DNA from: an uncultured Oscillospiraceae bacterium
GTDB lineage: Bacteria > Bacillota > Clostridia > Oscillospirales > Oscillospiraceae
Length of the DNA stretch: 64,000 nt
Direction of reading: 5' to 3'
Assembly (NCBI GenBank): GCA_910587645.1
Contig: CAJUNA010000024.1
Span: forward strand, 25,381-89,380
The translations under genes and the position numbers were made by a program. The notes under the pieces were generated by a model, which did no database searches, had not been told where the DNA came from, and saw nothing but the letters and a program-made list of their open reading frames with translations. Positions 44,764-54,237 of the stretch are shown here, in pieces; positions within the stretch are counted from its first letter, which is position 1, and each line of letters opens with the position of its first letter.

Positions 44764-45113
44764 AACAAATACCTCACGCCGCCGTACAGCAAAAACAGCC
44801 CAAAAATAATTTTTAAAATCCGCACAGGGATTTTCTCAAAAGTCAGCCCGCCGGCGATCCCGCCAGCGATGCCTCCGGCGAGATAGGGCCACAGCAGGCT
44901 GAGCCCCGGCCTTACCTGCCACAGGTATACCGCCGCCGATGCGCAGCACATGGGCAGAATGACCGCTACACAGGTGGCGAAGGACTTCTTGCCCTCCAGC
45001 CCCCGCCATTTTACCAGCAGTGGCAGCAGGACCATACCCCCGCCCCCGCCGAACAGGCCGCTGGCCAATCCACCCGCTATACCTGCGATCTGATTTTTTC
45101 GCTTATCCGTCAT
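44757..45113 (-). CDS. Half-size TSUP (TauE/SafE) family membrane protein, upstream partner
   Basis: 118 aa from ATG 45113 (AGGAGG upstream), with the motif GLFGGGGGMVLLPLL and 4 hydrophobic segments. Confidence 0.75.
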   Translation of the reverse strand: MTDKRKNQIAGIAGGLASGLFGGGGGMVLLPLLVKWRGLEGKKSFATCVAVILPMCCASAAVYLWQVRPGLSLLWPYLAGGIAGGIAGGLTFEKIPVRILKIIFGLFLLYGGVRYLLW

Positions 45114-45160
45114 AGCAGCCCCTCCTGTTATGTAAGCCAGCCAGAGGGCTGGCCTTTGGA

Positions 45161-45352
45161 TTACTGCATCAGCTTGAAGCTCTGGCAGTCGGTGCACTGG
45201 TCCATCGTGGGGTTGGCCTCGTGGGTGCCTACCTGGATGGTGTCCAGGCCGCAGTACTGCTCGTTTTTGCAGTGATGGGCGCAGGAATTGACGCTGCAAT
45301 GGATGGAACGGTTCGGCGTGCAGGCGCAGCCGCTATTGGTGCAATTGCTCAT
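45161..45352 (-). CDS. DUF1540 Cys-rich small protein
   Basis: 63 aa containing two copies of the C.V..C.H pattern (IHCSVNSCAHHC ... CTDCQSF). AGGAGGAAA lies upstream. Confidence 0.75.
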   Translation of the reverse strand: MSNCTNSGCACTPNRSIHCSVNSCAHHCKNEQYCGLDTIQVGTHEANPTMDQCTDCQSFKLMQ

Positions 45353-45470
45353 TTGAGGTTTCCTCCTTGCTTCTCGTTGTTCGGGTCTTGCCTGGGATAG
45401 TTTGTGCGGAGGATACGGTTTTATACGGTTGGTGTCTGCAATAACGTGTAAAAAACGATAGGAAAAAATG

Positions 45471-45531
45471 TTGACATTTTTCGCCGGCCTGCTACAATAG
45501 TTTCATATGCAACTGTTGCGTATGAGACTAT
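45471..45531 (+). promoter_or_regulatory. Promoter plus 35-bp palindromic operator of the MATE-marR operon
   Basis: TTGACA (45471-45476), 16 nt, TACAAT (45493-45498). Palindrome ATAGTTTCATATGCAAC T GTTGCGTATGAGACTAT spans 45497-45531 with 15/17 arm matches. Confidence 0.65.
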
Positions 45532-45548
45532 TCGCGGAGGACAAGCCT

Positions 45549-46967
45549 ATGACGGAAGCAGAACAGAAACGGCAGGAATACCGGAAAACCATGATGCTCA
45601 CGGAACCGCTGCCCCGGGTTATTACCAAGATGGCGGCGCCGTCCATCATTTCCTTTCTCATCACCTCCATTTATAACTTGGCGGATACTTTTTTCGTCAG
45701 CTCGCTCGGCACCAACGCCACGGCGGCGGTCAGCGTTAACGCATCCCTGGACCAGATCCTTATGATGGCCGGGTCTATGCTGGCGGTAGGCGCGGCCAGC
45801 TATATCTCCCGCCTGCTGGGGGCGCGGAAGGAGGAGCGGGCCAGCCAGGTCTTTTCGGTGGCATTTTTTTCCGCCATGGCCTTTGGTTTGGTAGTGCTGG
45901 TGGGGGGCGTAACCTTCATGCGGCCTATGGTGCGGCTGCTGGGGGCAACGGACACCTGTGAGCAGTACGCTGTGGACTACGCCACCTACGTACTGCTGAT
46001 CGCGCCCTTTATGGCGGCGAATTTCGTAATGAACCAATGCCTGCGGGCGGAGGGCAGCGCCATGCTGAGTATGATCGGCATGGGCTTTGGCGGGATTTTG
46101 AACTGCTTTTTGGATCCGGTCTTTATTTTTGCCCTGGATATGGGGGTGGCGGGTGCGTCCATCGCCACCGCGATCTCAAAATTTGTCAGCTTTGCCATCC
46201 TTATTTTCCCCTATCTGACCCGCCGCAGCCTGCTGCGCCTGTCCCCCAGGCTATTTAAGCCTGACGCTGCCATTGTGGGGCAGATCGTGTCGGTAGGCTC
46301 GTCTTCCTTGTTCCGGAACGGGCTGGCGGTAATCTCCGCCATTGTCCTCAACCGCATCGCCGGGGGGATTTCCGATTCCGTACTGGCGGGTATCGGCGTG
46401 GCGACCAAGGTAATGATGTTCCCCTTCGGCGTGATCCTGGGCTTTGGTACTGGGTTCCAGCCGGTAGCGGGCTTTAATTGGGGGGCCAAGCGGTTTGACC
46501 GGGTGGAGGAGAGCTACCGTTTTGCCGCCCGCGCGGCGATTTTCGGCGCGGCGGCGATGGGGCTGCTGCTGGCGGTATTTGCCAGCCCATTGATTGCCCT
46601 CTTTGCCAAGGCGGATCCGGAAATGCGGGCTGTCGGGGCGCTGTCTATCCGGCTGCAATGCCTGGCGCTGCCTGCCCATAGCTGGGTGGCAGTGGTCAAT
46701 ATGCTCTGCGCCGGGCTGGGGCGGGCCGGCGGCGCGGTACTGCTGTCCACCGCGCGGCAGGGGACCTGCTTCCTGCCGATTGTGTATCCCATGGCCCTGC
46801 TGTGGGGCGCTAACGGCGTGGCTTCAGTGCAGGCGGTGGCGGACGTACTGACCATCGCTCTGGCGCTACCCCTGATCCGGCGGGTCAAAGTGTCCGTCCG
46901 GCAGGCGGCGCGGGAAGAAGCCGCCAAAAAAACCATCCCGAACGGCCCGGAGGGGGTGATATCGTGA
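45549..46967 (+). CDS. MATE family efflux transporter
   Basis: 472 aa from ATG 45549 (GGAGG upstream). 12-TM pattern with PLPRVITKMAAPSIISFLITSIYNLADTFFVS. Confidence 0.88.
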   Translation: MTEAEQKRQEYRKTMMLTEPLPRVITKMAAPSIISFLITSIYNLADTFFVSSLGTNATAAVSVNASLDQILMMAGSMLAVGAASYISRLLGARKEERASQVFSVAFFSAMAFGLVVLVGGVTFMRPMVRLLGATDTCEQYAVDYATYVLLIAPFMAANFVMNQCLRAEGSAMLSMIGMGFGGILNCFLDPVFIFALDMGVAGASIATAISKFVSFAILIFPYLTRRSLLRLSPRLFKPDAAIVGQIVSVGSSSLFRNGLAVISAIVLNRIAGGISDSVLAGIGVATKVMMFPFGVILGFGTGFQPVAGFNWGAKRFDRVEESYRFAARAAIFGAAAMGLLLAVFASPLIALFAKADPEMRAVGALSIRLQCLALPAHSWVAVVNMLCAGLGRAGGAVLLSTARQGTCFLPIVYPMALLWGANGVASVQAVADVLTIALALPLIRRVKVSVRQAAREEAAKKTIPNGPEGVIS

Positions 46968-47386
46968 CCCATTCCGTGGTGACCAGCCTTCTGCGGATCA
47001 ACCGGCAGCGGATGGTGTCCCTGCGCCGTGCTTTGACACCGTACGGCTATGTGGGGTTCATGCACCTGATTTTAATTTACACCGCCCGGCGCCCAGGGGC
47101 CAGCCAGGAGGAGATTGCTGCGTTCTATGCCCTGGACAAGGCCAGTGCCGCCCGCGATGCCCGCCGCCTGGAGGACGCAGGGCATATCCGGCGGCAAACC
47201 GACCCAGATAACCGGCGGCGGTATCAGCTTTTTGTCACGGAAGCGGGGGAGAAGATGGTGGAGATTATCCATGAGACCCACCGGAAATTTGAGGAGCGGC
47301 TCTCCGCTGACATTACCCCGGAGGATTGGGAAAAGCTGACGGAATTGCTGGCGGTGGCAGAGGAAAACAGCCATTATACAGAATGA
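46964..47386 (+). CDS. MarR family transcriptional regulator
   Basis: 140 aa with a GTG start overlapping the MATE stop. Winged-HTH pattern (QEEIAAFYALDKASAARDARRLEDAGHIRRQTDPDNRRRYQL). Confidence 0.85.
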   Translation: MTHSVVTSLLRINRQRMVSLRRALTPYGYVGFMHLILIYTARRPGASQEEIAAFYALDKASAARDARRLEDAGHIRRQTDPDNRRRYQLFVTEAGEKMVEIIHETHRKFEERLSADITPEDWEKLTELLAVAEENSHYTE

Positions 47387-47393
47387 TGTGGAA

Positions 47394-47426
47394 CGAGGGC
47401 CTGCGAAAAGCAAGCCCTCGCCTTTT
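47394..47426 (+). terminator. Terminator after marR
   Basis: Stem CGAGGGCCTGC / GCAAGCCCTCG (1 mismatch), loop GAAAA, then CCTTTTCT. Confidence 0.6.
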
Positions 47427-47428
47427 CT

Positions 47429-48643
47429 CTATACAACGCGGAAATCGTGGTTCATTACCGCTTGTTCCCGCCGCTTTTTTTCTTCCGCCAGGGCTTCTAA
47501 GGCCTGACCGATGATCTGGTTGCTGAGGAGGAAACCCTCCGGCGTCAAGCGCCAGCGGCCTCCCCGCAGAACGGCGTGGCCGGATCCCTCGCACCGCGCC
47601 AGCACCGCCTGCACAGGCGCGAAAGGCAGGCGGAAGCGGTACTCAAACTCCTGCCGGGAAATCCCCTTGGCCGTCCGAAGGCCCAGCATGATATATTCGA
47701 TGTCCCGCACCCGGGCAGGGATGCGCTCATTCTCCGAGAGGATGTCTCCCTGGGTCTCCACACCCCGGCAGTAGGCATCCAGATCCCGTACATAGGCGTA
47801 ACGGACGTCTCCCAGGTCGGAGTGGGCGCCTGGGCCGAAGCCCGCGTACTCGCCAAGGGTCCAATATTTCATGTTGTGCCGGGATTCCCGCCCGGGCTTG
47901 GCGAAGTTGGAAATTTCGTACTGCTGGTAGCCCAGCGCCGCGAGACGGGTTTCTGTCCACAGGTACATGTCCGCCTGTAGGTCATCGTCCGGCAGGTCTA
48001 GTTCCCCCTGCATGTCCCACAGGGGGGTACCCTCCTCCACCTTCAGCCCGTAGCAGCTCAAGTGCTCGGGGGCCAGGGCGGCGGCTTTTTCCACCGTGTC
48101 CTGCCAGCTCTCCATCGTCTGCCCCGGCAAGCCGTAGATCAAATCCAGGGAGATATTTTTGATTTTCGCCCGCCGGGCAGCGGCCACGGCTTCCTCTGCC
48201 TGGGCAAAGGTATGGGGGCGGCCTAAAAGCCGGAGCTGCCCATCATCGGCGGACTGCACGCCGAGGGACAGCCGGTTGAAACCCGCGCGGCGGAGGGTGC
48301 GGAGGGCTTTCCAGCCCCCCGCGCTGTCCGGGTTGGCTTCCAGGGTGATCTCCGGCTCCTTGGCGAGGTGGTAGCATTTTTCCACGGTTTTCAAGATTTT
48401 CTTAAGCCGTTTGACGCCCAGGTAGGACGGCGTGCCGCCGCCAAAGTAGACGGTGTCCACCTGATGGGCGGTGGTCTGGCGGGAGATCTCCGCCAGTTGG
48501 CGGCAGAGGGCGGATACATAGCGGTCCATCCTGTCCTCACCGCAGGGAAGGGAGTAGAAATCGCAGTAGATGCACTTGCTCTTGCAGAAGGGGATGTGGA
48601 TATAAAGCCCCAGGGGCTTGTACTCTTTTTTCAAGGCAGTCAC
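47429..48643 (-). CDS. hemW: Radical SAM heme chaperone HemW (HemN-like)
   Basis: 404 aa with LYIHIPFCKSKCIYCDF (CxxxCxxC), GGGTPS and a HemN C-terminal domain. Confidence 0.9.
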   Translation of the reverse strand: MTALKKEYKPLGLYIHIPFCKSKCIYCDFYSLPCGEDRMDRYVSALCRQLAEISRQTTAHQVDTVYFGGGTPSYLGVKRLKKILKTVEKCYHLAKEPEITLEANPDSAGGWKALRTLRRAGFNRLSLGVQSADDGQLRLLGRPHTFAQAEEAVAAARRAKIKNISLDLIYGLPGQTMESWQDTVEKAAALAPEHLSCYGLKVEEGTPLWDMQGELDLPDDDLQADMYLWTETRLAALGYQQYEISNFAKPGRESRHNMKYWTLGEYAGFGPGAHSDLGDVRYAYVRDLDAYCRGVETQGDILSENERIPARVRDIEYIMLGLRTAKGISRQEFEYRFRLPFAPVQAVLARCEGSGHAVLRGGRWRLTPEGFLLSNQIIGQALEALAEEKKRREQAVMNHDFRVV

Positions 48644-48697
48644 CTCGGTCGTGAAATCCCCTCCATTGTAACCGAAAGCGCGGCAATCCGCAAGAGC

Positions 48698-49336
48698 TTA
48701 TTCTGTCGCTTTCCTCCGTTTACCGCAAAAGACGGCCGTTGCGCCCCATTCCATTGCCCGGCGGGTAAAGGTTTTCCGGGAGACGCCCAGCCGCCGCCCC
48801 GCCTCCGCGGCGGAAATATCCCCTTTCCACCAGTCCTCCGCCAGCCCGTCAAAGCCCTCCGGCATAGGGAGCCGCTCCGGGCCGAAGCGGACGCCCCGGG
48901 CTTTTGCCTCCGCGATGCCCTCCGCCTGCCGCTGGCGGAGGAATTCCCGCTCGGTCTGGGCCACGTAGCTCAAAAGCTGGAGCACGATATCCGCCACCAG
49001 CGTCCCGGTCAGGTCACGGCCCTCCCGGGTGTCCAGCAGGGGCATGTCCAAAACAACGATGGCGGCGCGCTTGGTCTTGGTGATGTAGGCCCATTGGTTC
49101 AGAATCTCGTCATAATTCCGGCCCAGCCGGTCAATACTTTTGATAACCAGGATATCTCCGGGGCAGAGCGCCTGGGTCAGGCGCTGATACAGCGGGCGGT
49201 CAAAATTTTTCCCCGACCGCTTTTCCACCGTGATCCGCTCCTCCGCCACGCCAAATGCCCGCAGCGCCGCAAGCTGCCGGTCCTCTTTCTGCGCCTGGGT
49301 GGAGACGCGGGCGTAGCCGTACATAATGCTGATCAT
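48698..49336 (-). CDS. Small serine recombinase (resolvase/invertase family) with a C-terminal HTH
   Basis: 212 aa. The N-terminal catalytic motif YGYARVSTQAQ, DRLGRN and a C-terminal HTH (ISAAEAGRRLGVSRKTF). GAGAGGAG upstream of the ATG. Confidence 0.88.
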   Translation of the reverse strand: MISIMYGYARVSTQAQKEDRQLAALRAFGVAEERITVEKRSGKNFDRPLYQRLTQALCPGDILVIKSIDRLGRNYDEILNQWAYITKTKRAAIVVLDMPLLDTREGRDLTGTLVADIVLQLLSYVAQTEREFLRQRQAEGIAEAKARGVRFGPERLPMPEGFDGLAEDWWKGDISAAEAGRRLGVSRKTFTRRAMEWGATAVFCGKRRKATE

Positions 49337-49563
49337 TCCTGCACTCCTCTCTATTTATAAATACGATCTTGGAAGGAAGGCCACATCCTTCCGCCGCAGG
49401 GGTGGCGGGAACAAAAATGACACCTTCACGACAGAAGGCGTCATTGCTGGTCGGTACCATTATATCCCAACGCCAGCCCGGCGTACCAGCTATTTTTCTC
49501 AAAAACCAGCAAATTCCCAAGCCGTTCCCACCGCCTTTGCCCACATCCCGGTAAATTTCCATA

Positions 49564-49593
49564 TTGACATCCTCCGTCTTCAGCGGGTATAAT
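49564..49593 (+). promoter_or_regulatory. Sigma-A promoter of the pyr operon
   Basis: TTGACA, 18 nt, TATAAT. Confidence 0.6.
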
Positions 49594-49645
49594 AAATCAA
49601 ATTAGGTTCGCGTCCGGCCCCTGTGCCGGGAAAGGAGCGTGTTTC

Positions 49646-50911
49646 TTGAACTGCCTGTTGAAAAACGGACTGCTGTTTACCAAAGACGGCTTTCGCCCTG
49701 CTGATATCGCTATCGCGGAGGGCTGCATTGTTTCCATTGCCAGGGGGCTTTCCGCCGCCGGCTATGTTGCCATTGACCTCCATGACGCCGTTGTATTTCC
49801 CGGTTTCGTTGATGTTCACGTCCATCTTCGAGAGCCGGGATTTTCTTATAAGGAGACCATCCGCACCGGCTCCCTCTCCGCCGCCCGGGGCGGCTATACC
49901 CATGTGTGCGCCATGCCGAACCTGAACCCTGTTCCGGACAGCCTGGAGGCACTGAATGTCCAACGGGACATTATTGCCCGGGACGGCGTGGTTCACATCC
50001 ATCCTTACGGGGCCATCACCCGCGGGGAGCAGGGGGAAGCCCTGGCGGATTTGGAAGCTATGGCCCCCTATGTGGCCGGGTTTTCCGATGACGGGCGGGG
50101 TGTGCAGGACGGCGGCATGATGCGTCAGGCCATGCTGGAAGCCAAACGCCTGGGGAAGATCATCGCCGCCCACTGCGAGGACAACAGCCTGCTTCACGGC
50201 GGCTATATCCACGATGGCGCCTACGCCCGCGTCCACGGCCACCGGGGCATCTGTTCCGAGAGCGAGTGGGGCCAGATTGCCCGGGATCTCCAACTGGCGG
50301 AGGAGACTGGCTGTGCCTACCACGTCTGCCATATTTCCACGAAAGAGAGCGTAAACCTTATCCGCAAGGCCAAGGCCCGCGGGGTGGATGTGACCTGCGA
50401 GACCGGCCCCCACTATCTGGTGTTCTGCGACCAGGATTTGCAGGAAGACGGGCGGTTCAAAATGAATCCCCCCCTCCGCTCCGCGGAGGACAGGGAGGCG
50501 TTGATTGAGGGCCTGCTGGACGGGACCATCGACATGATTGCCACCGACCACGCCCCCCACAGCCGTGAGGAAAAAGGCCGCGGCCTGGAAAAAAGCGCCA
50601 TGGGCGTAGTAGGCCTGGAGACCGCCTTTGCGGCGGTATACACCCACCTGGTCAAACCGGGCAGGCTGTCCTTAGGACGGCTGGTGGATCTGCTCCACGG
50701 CAATCCGGCGCGGCGCTTCGGCTTTGGAACGCCCCTGGCGGAAGGGGCGCCTGCGGATTTGACGGCCTTTGATTTAGACAAGCCCTTCCCCGTGGATCCG
50801 GAGCAATTCCAGACCATGGGCCGGGCCACCCCCTTCGCGGGGATGACGCTGTATGGGTCCTGCAAGCTGACCATGGTGGACGGAAACCCCGTCTGGAAGG
50901 AGGGAGAATGA
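49646..50911 (+). CDS. pyrC: Dihydroorotase
   Basis: 421 aa with a TTG start after AAAGGAG. Contains DVHVHLREPG, AHCED and ATDHAPH. Confidence 0.92.
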   Translation: MNCLLKNGLLFTKDGFRPADIAIAEGCIVSIARGLSAAGYVAIDLHDAVVFPGFVDVHVHLREPGFSYKETIRTGSLSAARGGYTHVCAMPNLNPVPDSLEALNVQRDIIARDGVVHIHPYGAITRGEQGEALADLEAMAPYVAGFSDDGRGVQDGGMMRQAMLEAKRLGKIIAAHCEDNSLLHGGYIHDGAYARVHGHRGICSESEWGQIARDLQLAEETGCAYHVCHISTKESVNLIRKAKARGVDVTCETGPHYLVFCDQDLQEDGRFKMNPPLRSAEDREALIEGLLDGTIDMIATDHAPHSREEKGRGLEKSAMGVVGLETAFAAVYTHLVKPGRLSLGRLVDLLHGNPARRFGFGTPLAEGAPADLTAFDLDKPFPVDPEQFQTMGRATPFAGMTLYGSCKLTMVDGNPVWKEGE

Positions 50912-51639
50912 TGACGCAAGGGATTTACCGGGTAGAATATAACAGGGCGTTAGCGCCCGGCGTCTGGGAACTGCGGCTTTCCGGCGATACCAGCGCCCTC
51001 ACCGCGCCGGGGCAGTTTATCAACATCAAGCTGGACGGCTTTTACCTCCGCCGGCCCATTTCGGTATGCGACTGGGACGGCGAGGGCATTACTGTCATAT
51101 ATAAGGTGGTTGGCAAAGGCACCGCCGCCCTCAGCAGCGTAGAGCCTGGGCAGGATCTCGACATTCTCTGCGGGCTGGGCAACGGTTTCGATGTGTCGAA
51201 GTGCGGCCGGCGCACCCTGGCCATCGGCGGAGGAGCGGGCGTCCCGCCCATGTACGCTTTGGCAAAGGCCCTCCTGGCGGCAGGGAAAACGCCAATCGCC
51301 ATTTTGGGCTTTAACAAAAAAGATGAAGTTTTCTATGAGGACCGTTTCCGCGCCTTAGGCGTGGAAACCGCCGTCACCACCGCAGACGGCAGCCACGGCC
51401 AAAAGGGCTTCGTCACCGACGCCCTGCCGGAAACGTATGATTTTTACTGCGCCTGCGGCCCCATCCCCATGCTGAAGGCGGTATATGACGCCGCCCCCAC
51501 CTCCGGGCTGCTGAGTTTTGAGGAGCGGATGGGCTGCGGCTTCGGCGCCTGCATGGGCTGCACCTGCAAAACAAAATACGGCAATAAGCGCATCTGCAAA
51601 GACGGCCCGGTACTGGAAAAGGAGGAGGTTATATGGTAG
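50908..51639 (+). CDS. pyrK: Dihydroorotate dehydrogenase B electron-transfer subunit
   Basis: 243 aa with an FAD/NAD-binding fold and a C-terminal 2Fe-2S motif ([11 protein letters not shown]). Confidence 0.9.
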   Translation: MMTQGIYRVEYNRALAPGVWELRLSGDTSALTAPGQFINIKLDGFYLRRPISVCDWDGEGITVIYKVVGKGTAALSSVEPGQDLDILCGLGNGFDVSKCGRRTLAIGGGAGVPPMYALAKALLAAGKTPIAILGFNKKDEVFYEDRFRALGVETAVTTADGSHGQKGFVTDALPETYDFYCACGPIPMLKAVYDAAPTSGLLSFEERMGCGFGACMGCTCKTKYGNKRICKDGPVLEKEEVIW

Positions 51640-52550
51640 ACACAAGCGTAATTCTCTCCGGTATCAAGCTGGACAACCCCATCATTCCCGCCAGCGGGAC
51701 CTTTGGATATGGGTACGAGTTCGCGGCGCTGTACGACATCAACTGCCTGGGAACCTTCTCCTTTAAAGGCACTACCCATGCCCCCCGGTTTGGCAACCCC
51801 ACCCCCCGCATTGCGGAGGCCCCCTCCGGGCTGCTCAACGCCGTAGGCCTGCAAAATCCCGGAGCAGAGAAGGTCGCCGCCGAAGAGCTCCCCAAGCTGC
51901 GGCAGGTATTCCATAAACCGGTGATGGCAAACATCAGCGGTTTTTCCGTGGAGGAGTACGCAGAAACCTGCGCCCTGCTGGACAAGGAGGAGCAGGTAGG
52001 GTGGCTGGAGGTCAACATCTCCTGCCCTAACGTCCACAACGGCGGCATGAGCTTCGGCACCAGCCCGGACGCGGCGGCGGAGGTCACCCGGGCGGTGAAG
52101 GCCGTCACCACCAAGCCCGTCTATATGAAGCTCAGCCCCAACGTCACCGACATCGCCGCCATTGCCAAGGCCTGCGAAGACGCGGGCGCGGACGGCGTCA
52201 GCCTGATCAACACCCTGCTTTCCATGCGCATCAACCTAAAAAACCGCAAGCCCCTGCTGGCCAACGGCACCGGCGGCTTATCCGGCCCGGCGGTGTTCCC
52301 GGTAGCGGTACGGATGGTATATCAGGTCTACGAAGCGGTCAAAATCCCCGTCATCGGCATGGGCGGGGTGTCATCGGCGGAGGACGTGATAGAAATGATG
52401 CTGGCGGGGGCGTCCGCCGTAGAGGTAGGAGCGGCGAACCTGGTAAACCCCTTCGCCTGCCGGGACATCGTCCGGGATTTGCCGGAGGTGATGGAAAAAT
52501 ATGGGATCAAGAACTTATCTGAAATCATAGGAGGAGCGCACAATGGGTAA
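51633..52550 (+). CDS. pyrD: Dihydroorotate dehydrogenase B catalytic subunit
   Basis: 305 aa containing [15 protein letters not shown] and GLSGPAV. Confidence 0.93.
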   Translation: MVDTSVILSGIKLDNPIIPASGTFGYGYEFAALYDINCLGTFSFKGTTHAPRFGNPTPRIAEAPSGLLNAVGLQNPGAEKVAAEELPKLRQVFHKPVMANISGFSVEEYAETCALLDKEEQVGWLEVNISCPNVHNGGMSFGTSPDAAAEVTRAVKAVTTKPVYMKLSPNVTDIAAIAKACEDAGADGVSLINTLLSMRINLKNRKPLLANGTGGLSGPAVFPVAVRMVYQVYEAVKIPVIGMGGVSSAEDVIEMMLAGASAVEVGAANLVNPFACRDIVRDLPEVMEKYGIKNLSEIIGGAHNG

Positions 52551-53241
52551 GGACGTCATCATCGCGTTGGACTTTGACAGCCGGGAGAAAACCCTGGCCT
52601 TTCTGGATCAGTTTACGGAGGAAAAGCCCTTCGTAAAAATCGGCATGGAGCTGTACTACGCCGAAGGGCCGGCGGTTGTCCGGGAGATCAAGGCCCGGGG
52701 CCACAAGATTTTTCTTGATCTGAAGCTCCACGACATCCCCAACACGGTCAAAAAGGCCATGGCGGTGCTGTCCGGCCTGGACGTAGACATGACCAACCTC
52801 CACGCCGCTGGGACAAAGGCCATGATGGAGGCCGCCCAGGAGGGCCTGACCCGTCCCGATGGAACCCGTCCCCTGCTGATTGCGGTCACCCAGCTTACCT
52901 CCACCAGCCAGGAGCGGATGGAAGCCGACCTGCTCATTGACAAGCCCCTTGACCAGGTGGTAATGCACTATGCCAAATGCGCGGCGGAAGCGGGGCTGGC
53001 CGGCGTAGTCTGCTCGCCGCTGGAAGCGGGAAAAGTCCATGAAACCTGCGGCGCCGGCTTTGTCACCGTCACCCCCGGGGTACGTTTTGCCGATGGCGAG
53101 GTGGGCGACCAGGTTCGCGTCACCACCCCTGCCAAGGCGAAGGAGCTCGGTTCCGACTATATCGTGGTAGGCCGCCCCATCACCCAGGCGGCGGATCCAG
53201 TGACGGCATACCGCCGCTGTGTAGCGGAGTTTGTAGGATGA
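52543..53241 (+). CDS. pyrF: Orotidine 5'-phosphate decarboxylase
   Basis: 232 aa containing [18 protein letters not shown] and IVVGRPI. Confidence 0.93.
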   Translation: MGKDVIIALDFDSREKTLAFLDQFTEEKPFVKIGMELYYAEGPAVVREIKARGHKIFLDLKLHDIPNTVKKAMAVLSGLDVDMTNLHAAGTKAMMEAAQEGLTRPDGTRPLLIAVTQLTSTSQERMEADLLIDKPLDQVVMHYAKCAAEAGLAGVVCSPLEAGKVHETCGAGFVTVTPGVRFADGEVGDQVRVTTPAKAKELGSDYIVVGRPITQAADPVTAYRRCVAEFVG

Positions 53242-53244
53242 TTT

Positions 53245-54237
53245 ATGTGGAAAACGATTTTATTTGACCTGGACGGTACCCTGACGGACTCCGCGCCGGG
53301 CATCACCAACGCGGTATCCCGCGCGTTGGCCCATTTTGGGATTGCGGAGAAGCCGGAAAGCCTCCTGGAATTCATCGGCCCGCCGCTGAACGAATCCCTG
53401 CCGGAATACTACGGCTTCACCCCGGAGCAGACGGTAAAAGCGGTAGAGGTCTTCCGGGAATACTTTATGGAGAAGGGCTGGCTGGAGAACGCGCCCTACC
53501 CCGGCATCGGGAAGCTTTTGCAGGATTTGAAAGCCGCCGGCTTGCAGCTAATGGTAGCCACCTCCAAACCGGAGGTGCAGGCGGTGCGGATTTTGCAGCA
53601 CTTTGGCTTAGCGATGTATTTCGACCGTATCTGCGGCGCGCCCTTAGGCAACGAGGACGGGGCACGGAAGGCTTCCGTTATCCGCGCCGCCCTCAGCTAT
53701 GTGAAGGACGCGTCCTCCGTGGTCATGGTAGGCGACCGCTGGCACGATGTCACAGGGGCGCATGAGAACGGCCTGCCTTGTATCGGGGTGCTTTACGGCT
53801 ACGGCGGACGGGAGGAACTGCAAAACGCGGACGCGGAGTTCCTCGCGGAGGATTTGGCGGCGTTGAAGCATCTGCTGCTCTTTGAGGCAAAGCTGGCGGA
53901 GCGGTGGCTGAAAGCCTTTGGCGCGGGGCGGAATCTGGAACAGCTTCGGGACGCCTGCTATCAAGGCTGCCTGTGGCCCCCTGCGCCCTGGAACGGCGCG
54001 CCTGTGCTGGAAGGCGGGGAAGCGGAGCGGGCCTTTGACGCGCTGGACTATGACACCGCCTATATTTTCCGTGAGGGCATTACCCAGGCGGGCGTCACCT
54101 GCAAAGTCACCGCCGCAGGGCTGAAGCAGATACAGGGTTCTGACGTGTATGTGGTGGACAAGGGCTTCCGGTGGACATACGTACACACCCATGAGGATGG
54201 GTGGATGGGGCCGTATTTCTGCTGCCTGGACGAATAG
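53245..54237 (+). CDS. HAD-superfamily phosphatase fused to a DUF4275-like C-terminal domain
   Basis: 330 aa. HAD motifs I-III are present (LFDLDGTLTDS, TSK, GDRWHD). The ~110-aa tail ends with DVYVVDKGFRWTYVHTHEDGWMGPYF, which I recognise as DUF4275-like. Confidence 0.7.
   Translation: MWKTILFDLDGTLTDSAPGITNAVSRALAHFGIAEKPESLLEFIGPPLNESLPEYYGFTPEQTVKAVEVFREYFMEKGWLENAPYPGIGKLLQDLKAAGLQLMVATSKPEVQAVRILQHFGLAMYFDRICGAPLGNEDGARKASVIRAALSYVKDASSVVMVGDRWHDVTGAHENGLPCIGVLYGYGGREELQNADAEFLAEDLAALKHLLLFEAKLAERWLKAFGAGRNLEQLRDACYQGCLWPPAPWNGAPVLEGGEAERAFDALDYDTAYIFREGITQAGVTCKVTAAGLKQIQGSDVYVVDKGFRWTYVHTHEDGWMGPYFCCLDE

Noticed and set aside
49200-49562. 120-aa minus-strand ORF with a strong GGAGGA-7-ATG start at 49562
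   Set aside because: It runs 136 nt into the serine recombinase gene in another frame and matches no family I know. The SD-like sequence is the complement of the spacer just downstream of the pyr promoter -35 hexamer. It is mentioned under the recombinase finding but not called as a gene.
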